From positions 1,176,135-1,240,134 of the forward strand of contig NW_018408821.1 of NCBI RefSeq assembly GCF_002113885.1: a stretch of 64,000 bases of DNA, written 5' to 3'. Within the stretch, counting starts at the first letter, position 1, and each line of letters starts with the position of its first letter. The position numbers were made by a program, and so were the translations under genes. The DNA is from Mizuhopecten yessoensis. Its lineage: Eukaryota. The notes below the pieces were generated by a model. The model was not told the DNA's origin, did no database searches, and saw only the letters and a program-made list of their open reading frames with translations. Below, piece after piece: positions 37,346-48,500 of this stretch.

Positions 37346-38548
37346 ATGAATGAGGAAAGGAGGGGAAGTTTGAAGACGGCCAGTGATGGCGATGAAACGT
37401 TTAACTTCGACGGTGTATTTCGTGATGTCAATGACAAAAATACGCGCGTGAAATTGTACTCTGCACAAGCCAGCGTCAAAGACGGAAAATGGACAGAAGC
37501 CGAAACTATTTTGAACGAAACAATTAAAAGTCTTTCGGAAGGACACGATCAGCGAAACCTTAAGCTTGTGCTCAGGGAAATAGAACGGTACCAGAAATTC
37601 CACATAGCCATGGCAAGTCCAGCAGTTTCCGGCATAAACTGGATTGATGTATGTGAGCGCAAACCGGAAATGTATTTTGAAAAATTTGACGAATTACCCC
37701 AGAGTATTTTTACTCTGAAGAACTGGCGCCTTGCAGAGAACGTCTTGGTAGGACGTCGTCTGCTGTCACATCAGTGGATTGCCAACAAAATCCGGGAACT
37801 TCACTGCAGTCACGTGAGAGCTGGTATGCTGCTTGGAGTTCTTGTTGATCAGCGCGTGCAAGAAGATGGAATCCTAGTATACTACTATCCTCTGACGGCC
37901 AAGGAAAAGAGGTTTTACATGCATGACGTCGTCAGTAATCATCTCAGAGATATCGAGCTCGTGTTTCCGTTTCCACCACTTCAGTCCATTATGAAAACGG
38001 AGATTCACTGCCCGGATGAGGGTTGGGAAATCGACGAGAAACTAGCATTACAACTTGGAGAAGGTGAAGTCTTTCTCAGAGAATACTCAGTAAAGTTTTT
38101 AAAATCTCTTGGACGAGAAGATTTATTCCTTTTTGATCCGGCTTGTTCTACAGGTCAGTTTCTTTCAACGATGAAAGCTGGACTTCCAAATTGTTTCACG
38201 TTCGGACAAGACTTAAGCTCGTGCATGGTAAAGTACGCCAAAAACCGCGTGGACGAAGCTAGGTGTGCAAATGCCCTTGACCCTCAAGTGCCAGACGAAA
38301 CTGCCGATGTCGAGTTTGTCAGGTTCATCAACTCGGAGGTAGTTAAAGCCAAAGAGGCAAGGATAATGATTGAACCGTTATTAAAACCCCTAAAAACAGG
38401 AGGATACATGATAACTTTTGGACATACGCCAGTGTTAGTTTCAGCAGCTGACTTTAAAATGTCGGGACGTTTCGAGATTATGCAATGTGTCGGAGGAGAC
38501 CCGGAATGGGACGGAATATTTCAATATTACGTATGTAAGAAGATTTAA
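37346..38548 (+). CDS. Intronless class I SAM-dependent transferase, isonocardicin synthase (Nat; 3-amino-3-carboxypropyl transferase)-like, 400 aa
   Basis: Uninterrupted 1.2-kb ORF, GC-richer than its flanks, with a caacATG start context. Motif I LFDPACSTGQFL, acidic GQDLS, VRFINSEVV, LKTGGYMITFGHTPVL, terminal IFQYY. The SAM-dependent fold is well supported; the Nat-family assignment comes from recalled motifs and needs a search. Confidence 0.85.
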   Translation: MNEERRGSLKTASDGDETFNFDGVFRDVNDKNTRVKLYSAQASVKDGKWTEAETILNETIKSLSEGHDQRNLKLVLREIERYQKFHIAMASPAVSGINWIDVCERKPEMYFEKFDELPQSIFTLKNWRLAENVLVGRRLLSHQWIANKIRELHCSHVRAGMLLGVLVDQRVQEDGILVYYYPLTAKEKRFYMHDVVSNHLRDIELVFPFPPLQSIMKTEIHCPDEGWEIDEKLALQLGEGEVFLREYSVKFLKSLGREDLFLFDPACSTGQFLSTMKAGLPNCFTFGQDLSSCMVKYAKNRVDEARCANALDPQVPDETADVEFVRFINSEVVKAKEARIMIEPLLKPLKTGGYMITFGHTPVLVSAADFKMSGRFEIMQCVGGDPEWDGIFQYYVCKKI

Positions 38549-38602
38549 AGTTTAGAGATTTAAAACTAATTTACTTGATTACCGATCTTTTTGCTAAACG
38601 GC

Positions 38603-38608
38603 AATAAA
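38603..38608 (+). promoter_or_regulatory. Polyadenylation signal AATAAA for the SAM-transferase gene
   Basis: AATAAA 55 nt after the stop codon; a second one near 38775. Confidence 0.45.
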
Positions 38609-39480
38609 GTATGCCTAGACTAAACCACCAGATATTCGAACATTCAAAAAAGAAATATTTTTTTGTAAATTGAACTGATGCAAATTTCCACGTTTCCAAG
38701 TCATGACACTTGCTTTTGCTGCCTTTTCTATTTCATATAATGCAATGTACATTTTGTATCTGTATTGTCATATGAATAAAACAAGGTTTAAACTAAGAAA
38801 TGCTTTTCATAAATACCACGATACAAAACGTCTCAACAGTAAAAAGAGGTTCCTAGAATTGTGTAGGCATATGAGAAAGAATTTGAGTGATGTTTACCAG
38901 AAGTACCAGAGGAGTCGGGTTAATCATATTAGTTTTTCTTCGGAAGCCCTCTGATTTAAACGTTTTGTGTTGTGATTTATTGTAAAGGTACCGTAGTGGT
39001 ATTGTACCATCTGAAGTAATCTGTTTTGGTAAAGGCCAGTAAAGTTTGTCGGTAGAAATCAGGTCAATACCGTGCAGGTAATACATTTATTAAATAGATA
39101 TTGATGTACGACGAGCACTCTAGATGATAATATTTGATAACAGTCAAATACTTGATATAACCAGTAGAAAGAATTCTCAAATACTGTTTTCTTGATGTGA
39201 GAAGAGGAGAGTTCATTTAGGTCGCTTTTCAAGTCAATGAATAACACATATTCACCGAATTAAAAGTATTTATTTCATTTATTAATTATTAAAACATTAT
39301 TCTTTTGTCAATAATCAAGAAGAACGTAAATAAAGATAAAAAAGACTGCATTTGGCTGAGAGTATTGTAACTTTACTATTGATGTGACGTCAAAAAGCGA
39401 ATAAGTAACTCCGAGTCACTATGACAAAATACAGATATTCTGTGATTATACTACTGAAGAAAATACCTAGTGAATGCTAG

Positions 39481-39701
39481 ATTGTGACACAATCAATGTT
39501 TTAGGCAGGGTAATACAATTATCTCTATGTCACATTGTGACACAATCAGTGTTCTAGGCAGGGTAATACAATTATCTCTGTGTCACATTGTGACACAATC
39601 AGTGTTTTAGGCAGGGTAATACAATTATCTCTGTGTCACATTGTGACACAATCAGTATTTTAGGCAGGGTAATACAGTTATCTCTGTGTCACATTGTGAC
39701 A
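39481..39701. repeat. 53-bp minisatellite, ~4.2 copies
   Basis: Unit attgtgacacaatcagtgttttaggcagggtaatacaattatctctgtgtcac. Confidence 0.95.
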
Positions 39702-42700
39702 AAACAACAATGTTTTACAAGGTGCAACTCTTTTATGACAGAAACTCATCGGTTCTTATCAATTAATCTTATTGCTGAATCGAACGAATGGGTTCCGAAT
39801 GATTAGCTCCATTTCGTGGTAAGGAAACGTGACATCCTTATTTCATCCTTTACGTTACTTTGTCCGCCATTATATTCTAAAAACCCTGTATTTTCACCAT
39901 TTTCCTCAATTTTTCCCCCATGGAAACCATCCCTGGAAATTTGGAAATCCCACCAGATATGTCTCTGGATCCGCCACTGTTATTGTTAGGTTCAAGCTTG
40001 TTCGATTCAAGCAAAATGAATGTTAATACATAATATAGATGAATGATATATCGAGAGCTGGTATTATTCAAAAGAAGTTTAAACCACTAGCATAAACCAA
40101 TATTTGATGCGCTCTTCCCAATTGTGCAAATTATTTTAAATCGGTTTAGTATGCATACAGTTGATTGTTTTGCCACAAGATGGCGTCTACACACCTCGAT
40201 CAAATATATTGATAGGCAATGCCAGAGAATAACCCTATCGTATGCTATTTATGTAAGATAGAACTATACAACCCTTGGGTACTCAATCTGGGTTTATAAA
40301 CCTCGACACAAGGTAAACCTTTGTCCCGAATTCCGTTCCCTCGTGGATAGGTTTATCCTATAATCTATTGGTAACATAACCTTAAGTTTTTGAAAACGTT
40401 ATAAATTTAGACACAGCAACCGAGGTTTTCACTAGAACTTAATAGCTTGCCTCACGTGTCCCGTTATGTAGTATTTTATTTGGATATTAACATTGGTGTT
40501 CTCGATGTACACGATGTCTTGGTAACAGCCGGCGTTTATGTAAGATTAGACGGGAGAATGTTCCCGACTCCTCCTATTTAAGGACAATGGGGTCAGATTT
40601 TCTCTGACCGAATTGCCTTATTACGTTTTTTTGTAAAGTGCGAATAGCATCGTAGTTACATTTACATACAACCAGTAACTACGTGCAATTCGATGTAACT
40701 CGCCAAAGCGTGATGCCATCCACAGCTTCATATCATAAGCCTTGATATCATAGGTGTTCATTATGTTTCGAAAATCCTACTCTAATTGATTATTTATAAA
40801 AAAAAAAGTAAACTCATTGAAAGGATTTTTTTCTTTCAATTATATTTTACAGAACGTCATTTACATATTGCGTTCTTTTGGCTGTAATGTCATATCTATT
40901 ATTACAAAGGGAATTTTAACAATACACAGTTCTACAAAGGAAGAGTACTTGTACAATCATGTGTCTTTCTTCACATCGCTAGACATCAAAGTGGTACATG
41001 CACGTAGTGAGATGTTTCCGTGCGTAATGGCGGCTACGTCACCATTACTCACGCTTACACGTATATTGATTGAGATCTGTAATCTCTTATGCTGATATAG
41101 ATCTTGTTAAAATCGACATCATCGCACACCTAATTGCCCAAGTATGTTTCTGTCACACCAGGTGAGTGACGATAATGCACTGCTACGGCTTTAATCTGGT
41201 GTAAACAATGCGACTTTACAACGATAGTTTAACAAAGATAGACCCTTGGAATCAAAATGCAGTAATACACGAAAACATTCATTAAAACAATTCGATCATT
41301 TTTTTCCCAGATATAGTCTTAAAGAGAGGAAAGTACTAAAAGGCGAAAAGTGTTTATTAAACTTTAATATGCATATTCACATGGAGAAACCTTTTCTCTG
41401 AAGGCGTAATAAATGAAACTGTTCTACAAAATGTCAGAACAAGCGGGAGCACAATATTGATCAAGCCTACTCAATTATTTCTAACAAAATATTATATTTG
41501 CAAAATTTGAATCAAATCTCACAGAACAAATATTAGCGTCCTATTAATTAATGAATTAACGTTATGCAAAAATGGCCAATTGAGTATTTGATCCTTTTGA
41601 CAAACCCACACGTTGCTCAGAAGAGTTATTCCACACGGCGAGTGATTTGATAGTCTCCTAAAGCATTCTAAGCTCTGCTCATCCTTTAAATGTCGCTATT
41701 GAATTACAGTGCACGCTCGGTGTGACCTGATTTATTAAACGTTGGCATTCCTTATAGCCTTGTGCAATATGGGATTAATTAGTGGAACTATTTCTTTGTT
41801 ATTTCTCACAGCCAGCCCGAAGGTTGTGAAAATAGGAGAGTCTTACCGTCCCGAGTTCCATGAAATATTAGAGCAAAAACGTCACTATCAAGTCATAAAA
41901 ATAACCAGTTTGGGTTAAATTATGTGACTTGTACCTGCACTTAGTCCCTGTTATATAAACGTACGCATCATGATTTTTGCCGTATACTGATATTTCAGCT
42001 GTGATGCTGGTGTGATGCTGGAGTGTTGCTGGAGTTTCCATAATTTACATTAGATATCTAATCAGAGACATAATTTTGTCGTGAGATCAATAAATCAGTA
42101 TTCGTTCGATAAACAGAGTCGTTGACTGTCGTTTCCGGAGGCGAGTAATCATAGAAACATTGGCGAACAAACAGCCGAGCTTACACACTGACCATGGCCG
42201 TTACAACTCGGACTGTCCGTTAACAGAGATAAGTGCGTCACGCAGAAATTTTGTCAGATCGGTAAAGATGAGTTCTGTAAGTCAATTGTTACAAGGCTAA
42301 CTCACCTGCCCAGGTGTGCTAACATACCACGCACTCTCAAACTACTTGCTTTATCTATTCTTTAATACCGTAGGTCGGTGGTTGTCTTTAAAATTGCGAT
42401 TGGCTACACTCATTATTGTCATATGTAATATATACTTATCGATTTGGCAATAAACTCAATGTTCTTTTCAAAAAATGAAAAGAATATTAATATATATTTG
42501 CTATCGCCAGTAAAAAAGCGACTAGATTCAGTCTGTAATCAATCACGTTACATGTTTGTCAATCTGCAGCGTTTTTACTTTATTTACTAAACACTGCTAG
42601 GAAAGTTCAAATGAACTCAACGCGATTCATGATCAAAGACTTCATCTGATGGTCCTTGAAATACATTCTTGTTATCTACCAAATTTATTTACAACAAGTA

Positions 42701-43404
42701 TTGTCGATTTTCACTACGTCCAACTGCCTTTTTGGAAACAGATTCTAATATGGGAACCGACTCCGGTCTTTAATCTGATCCTAATGTTGACGTTGTTGCC
42801 ACATTTGGCGTCGATTGCATCAAGGATACATTTCGCCTATGCATTGATGAGATTTTTTCTTCAAGTGAGTGTTGATGGATGTTGATCAATATGTATTGGG
42901 TTATGTTAATTCTAAAGATTCCCGTATCACTGTCAAACTCTCGAAGTTGGCAATGGGAACATGTATCTGGCAGGACTGTAGCTTTAATAAATCATTTCAC
43001 AAAAGAAAACTATACCTTGTTGAAAAGTATGAAAATAATAATAAAGACTAAATAAACAAAGAAAGGAATGAATATTTTTTCTGTCTTTTTAATTGCAACT
43101 GTGTCAGATCTGGATTCAGACGCTGGATATACGAGTATTTTGTTTATTATCAAGCCAACCAAGCTACCTAGTACGGAAGTACGCTTGCCCACTCGCGCTA
43201 CATGTACATGTATATTCAGGTCGAAATTTTGGAGATGTTATTGTATATTTAGTTTTTGCCTATATTGGGAAAGTGATCCTAAGAGATATAGAGTATTTCA
43301 CCATTCACAAGTTATGTCTCAATGCTACGTGTATAAGAATAATTAGACTGGCTAACAGCCCCTAAAATTGTATGAAGAATTTCTCAACTGCATTTCAATA
43401 CTAG

Positions 43405-43490
43405 CTTATCTCCCCCTAGTTTGACATTTCACTACTAAATTATCTCCCCCTAGTTTGACATTTCACTACTGGCTTATCCCCCCTAGTTTA
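43405..43490. repeat. Short ~34-bp tandem repeat (~2.5 copies)
   Basis: ttatctccccctagtttgacatttcactact repeated. Confidence 0.85.
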
Positions 43491-43644
43491 GAATCCGACA
43501 TCAAAGTGATCCAAAAATCTAATATTCTAGAAACGGCGGTCAGATTTAAAAATAAAATACAATAAGGAATGTTTTTTTATTTCGTGACTAGGCTTGTCCA
43601 ACAAGATCACGTCCATACAATTGTACATGAAAAAATTACATATG

Positions 43645-43827
43645 CAGAAAACCTCGTTATAATGTCCCACGTTTCATTTAACACCTCGCTTACGGCCAAC
43701 CTATTTCAACATACAATTTTCTTTTTCTGAAGAATTCCTTTGTATATTTCCCTCAGTTTATAGCCAAACTACTTTATAATGTCATTTTTCTCTAGACAAA
43801 TGGTGGCAGTGAAACGAGGTTTTACTG
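43645..43827. mobile_element. Tc1/mariner (pogo/Tigger-like) MITE
   Basis: TIRs cag(t)aaaacctcgtt and aacgaggttttactg, followed by TA on the right. Confidence 0.6.
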
Positions 43828-45597
43828 TACATATAATGTAAGTAGCCTATATGACGTAAAACATCTTGGAAGTACACATGTGGTGCCGGAGTTGCTTGCT
43901 TTCAGGCATACATTTGCCTTTTAGTGTATGGTGTCTGTTGACCTCTTCTAAGTTTCTTTGTTCCTTTTGTTCAGTTCTTTCACATGGAATAACTATTCAA
44001 TAGATAGTGAATAACATTTTTGAATTATGATACGACCAGTTTGAGTATACGATGTTATGGTAACCTTATCTTTCAATGGATTTTGCTTTGGGGCTATGCG
44101 ACTGGATCATGTAATTTAATTTACGGCTAGTGCTAAAAGAAACAGTCGACTAGCCGGTATATATTAAAGGTTAGAAAACGAATGCGCCAGCGAAGTCGTG
44201 AGCGAGGCTGCTGTTGCGCGAGCCATGTTGTCTATAGTTCCTCATCCTCACCTCAGTAATTGTCTCGTTAACGGTTATATTTGCCGACAAAACCCATCGC
44301 TGGCATCAGTATACATGTAAACTAACCATGCCAGGACCCGTCCACGAGGTCAGCAGTGGTTCGCCAGCCAATCAGCCCGTTAACACCTTGCACTCTTATA
44401 AAGCAGGCGACAGAAAAAAAAGATTACGTAAAATGTCAGAAATAAAATTATAATCAATTATTTATCAGGTCAGATCGTTTAAATTACTATTGATACAAAG
44501 TCTTCTTACATTTGTAAATATTTCTTTCAGTTCTCTTGGATTATTTTATATTGATATATTCATATGCACATGTACAGAGTTCACTAGCATTTCGTAACTA
44601 TTTAACGATATCAGCGTCTACCTGTTTATAGCCAACTTTCCTTCTATTTATCAGAACTTAAGACAGGTTTTATGATGCAAGTTAAACTTTAATTATTTTG
44701 TTAAATGCAAAAGATAACCGAAAGTTCACAAAACATTAGCAATTTTAACATTTCCATGTGAAAATATAAAGTTGAATTATGTCGAATAGACAGTTACATT
44801 GTATGTATATTTCACTGACTTTTTGTACAAAACAAATGTCAGAAGCGTCTACCTATTCTTAAAACCATATTCATCTGAACACATATGTATTAAACTGCAG
44901 TATACCAAAGTAGTGTTGGTTTGAAGGGCAGTCCCGCAAAAAAAATATTTTATGTATTTCCTTTATGAATTTTTTCTTTCTGCTTTGTTTGCTTTGTTTT
45001 ATCTACTAAAAGATAAATACAATTAACTCACCCTTTTATCTAAATACACGACATCGCTTAATTCAGTATTAAGGCTCTGCAATTTTCATAGACCGTTTCA
45101 GAATCAATTTTAGTTGATGTTTCCAGATGAATGCGTAACAACGAGAGGTCCTTTGGAATTAAGATATCTCGAAAACATTGTACTATAATTCTGGAGTTAA
45201 GAATTAAAAAAGAGAAAATGATTAACCAAAGCGTCAACATACAAAAGCGAAACCGGAGGTTGAGTTCAGATAGGAAACGCCAACACAACCTTATAATTTT
45301 CTACCTATGTTCCAAAGGTCTATGTCATTCTTTAACCACATAATGTTCTTTTGAATTCATATATGTATATCGGTCACAAATTGCCTAAGACATAACGTAC
45401 ACGTCTTCAATCCGGATAGTGAGATCTCATGGGTGGAATTCGGGTTAAAATTAATACTGTAAATGTCTTAACATTAGCTTGAAGCCATAACATAAAATTA
45501 AACCAGCTACGAGACGTATTGTTTCTTTCTCAAATTTTACGACATTGTCCATTGAACGATCGACATCGTGGTTTTTTTTTTGCAAAAGACAATTTAA

Positions 45598-48500
45598 GCC
45601 ACGTAGATAGTTGTTAGGGCAGCCACGTAGATAGTTGTTAGAGCAGACACTTTGATAGTTGTTAGGGCAGACCCGTACATAGTTGTTAGGGCATACACGT
45701 AGATAGTTGTTAGAGTAGACACGTACATAGTTGTTAGGGCAAACACGTAGATAGTTGTTAGGGCAGACACGTAGATAGTTGTTAGGGCAGACATGTAGAT
45801 AGTTGTTAGGGCTGACACGTAGATAGTTGTTTGGGCAGACACGTAGATAGTTGTTAGGGCAGCCACGTAGATAGTTGTTAGGGCAGACATGTAGATAGTT
45901 GTTAGGGCAGACACGTAGATAGTTGTTAGGGCAGACACGTAGATAGTTGTTAGGGCAGACACGTAGATAGTTGTTAGGGCAGACACGTAGATAGTTGTTA
46001 GGGCAGACACGTAGATAGTTGTTAGGGCAGACACGTAGATAGTTGTTAGGGCAGACACGTAGATAGTTGTTAGGGCAGACACGTAGATAGTTGTTAGGGC
46101 AGACACGTAGATAGTTGTTAGGGCAGACACGTAGATAGTTGTTAGGGCAGACACGTAGATAGTTGTTAGGGCAGACACGTAGATAGTTGTTAGGGCAGAC
46201 ACGTAGATAGTTGTTAGGGCAGACACGTAGATAGTTGTTAGGGCAGACACGTAGATAGTTGTTAGGGCAGACACGTAGATAGTTGTTAGGGCAGACACGT
46301 AGATAGTTGTTAGGGCAGACACGTAGATAGTTGTTAGGGCAGACACGTAGATAGTTGTTAGGGCAGACACGTAGATAGTTGTTAGGGCAGACACGTAGAT
46401 AGTTGTTAGGGCAGACACGTAGATAGTTGTTAGGGCAGACACGTAGATAGTTGTTAGGGCAGACACGTAGATAGTTGTTAGGGCAGACACGTAGATAGTT
46501 GTTAGGGCAGACACGTAGATAGTTGTTAGGGCAGACACGTAGATAGTTGTTAGGGCAGACACGTAGATAGTTGTTAGGGCAGACACGTAGATAGTTGTTA
46601 GGGCAGACACGTAGATAGTTGTTAGGGCAGACACGTAGATAGTTGTTAGGGCAGACACGTAGATAGTTGTTAGGGCAGACACGTAGATAGTTGTTAGGGC
46701 AGACACGTAGATAGTTGTTAGGGCAGACACGTAGATAGTTGTTAGGGCAGACACGTAGATAGTTGTTAGGGCAGACACGTAGATAGTTGTTAGGGCAGAC
46801 ACGTAGATAGTTGTTAGGGCAGACACGTAGATAGTTGTTAGGGCAGACACGTAGATAGTTGTTAGGGCAGACACGTAGATAGTTGTTAGGGCAGACACGT
46901 AGATAGTTGTTAGGGCAGACACGTAGATAGTTGTTAGGGCAGACACGTAGATAGTTGTTAGGGCAGACACGTAGATAGTTGTTAGGGCAGACACGTAGAT
47001 AGTTGTTAGGGCAGACACGTAGATAGTTGTTAGGGCAGACACGTAGATAGTTGTTAGGGCAGACACGTAGATAGTTGTTAGGGCAGACACGTAGATAGTT
47101 GTTAGGGCAGACACGTAGATAGTTGTTAGGGCAGACACGTAGATAGTTGTTAGGGCAGACACGTAGATAGTTGTTAGGGCAGACACGTAGATAGTTGTTA
47201 GGGCAGACACGTAGATAGTTGTTAGGGCAGACACGTAGATAGTTGTTAGGGCAGACACGTAGATAGTTGTTAGGGCAGACACGTAGATAGTTGTTAGGGC
47301 AGACACGTAGATAGTTGTTAGGGCAGACACGTAGATAGTTGTTAGGGCAGACACGTAGATAGTTGTTAGGGCAGACACGTAGATAGTTGTTAGGGCAGAC
47401 ACGTAGATAGTTGTTAGGGCAGACACGTAGATAGTTGTTAGGGCAGACACGTAGATAGTTGTTAGGGCAGACACGTAGATAGTTGTTAGGGCAGACACGT
47501 AGATAGTTGTTAGGGCAGACACGTAGATAGTTGTTAGGGCAGACACGTAGATAGTTGTTAGGGCAGACACGTAGATAGTTGTTAGGGCAGACACGTAGAT
47601 AGTTGTTAGGGCAGACACGTAGATAGTTGTTAGGGCAGACACGTAGATAGTTGTTAGGGCAGACACGTAGATAGTTGTTAGGGCAGACACGTAGATAGTT
47701 GTTAGGGCAGACACGTAGATAGTTGTTAGGGCAGACACGTAGATAGTTGTTAGGGCAGACACGTAGATAGTTGTTAGGGCAGACACGTAGATAGTTGTTA
47801 GGGCAGACACGTAGATAGTTGTTAGGGCAGACACGTAGATAGTTGTTAGGGCAGACACGTAGATAGTTGTTAGGGCAGACACGTAGATAGTTGTTAGGGC
47901 AGACACGTAGATAGTTGTTAGGGCAGACACGTAGATAGTTGTTAGGGCAGACACGTAGATAGTTGTTAGGGCAGACACGTAGATAGTTGTTAGGGCAGAC
48001 ACGTAGATAGTTGTTAGGGCAGACACGTAGATAGTTGTTAGGGCAGACACGTAGATAGTTGTTAGGGCAGACACGTAGATAGTTGTTAGGGCAGACACGT
48101 AGATAGTTGTTAGGGCAGACACGTAGATAGTTGTTAGGGCAGACACGTAGATAGTTGTTAGGGCAGACACGTAGATAGTTGTTAGGGCAGACACGTAGAT
48201 AGTTGTTAGGGCAGACACGTAGATAGTTGTTAGGGCAGACACGTAGATAGTTGTTAGGGCAGACACGTAGATAGTTGTTAGGGCAGACACGTAGATAGTT
48301 GTTAGGGCAGACACGTAGATAGTTGTTAGGGCAGACACGTAGATAGTTGTTAGGGCAGACACGTAGATAGTTGTTAGGGCAGACACGTAGATAGTTGTTA
48401 GGGCAGACACGTAGATAGTTGTTAGGGCAGACACGTAGATAGTTGTTAGGGCAGACACGTAGATAGTTGTTAGGGCAGACACGTAGATAGTTGTTAGGGC

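Noticed and set aside
37286-37603. 105-aa minus ORF overlapping the SAM-transferase gene
   Set aside because: Antisense shadow of the real ORF.
44360-44410. CCAAT plus TATAAA promoter-like pair
   Set aside because: Atypically close spacing and no downstream exon identified.
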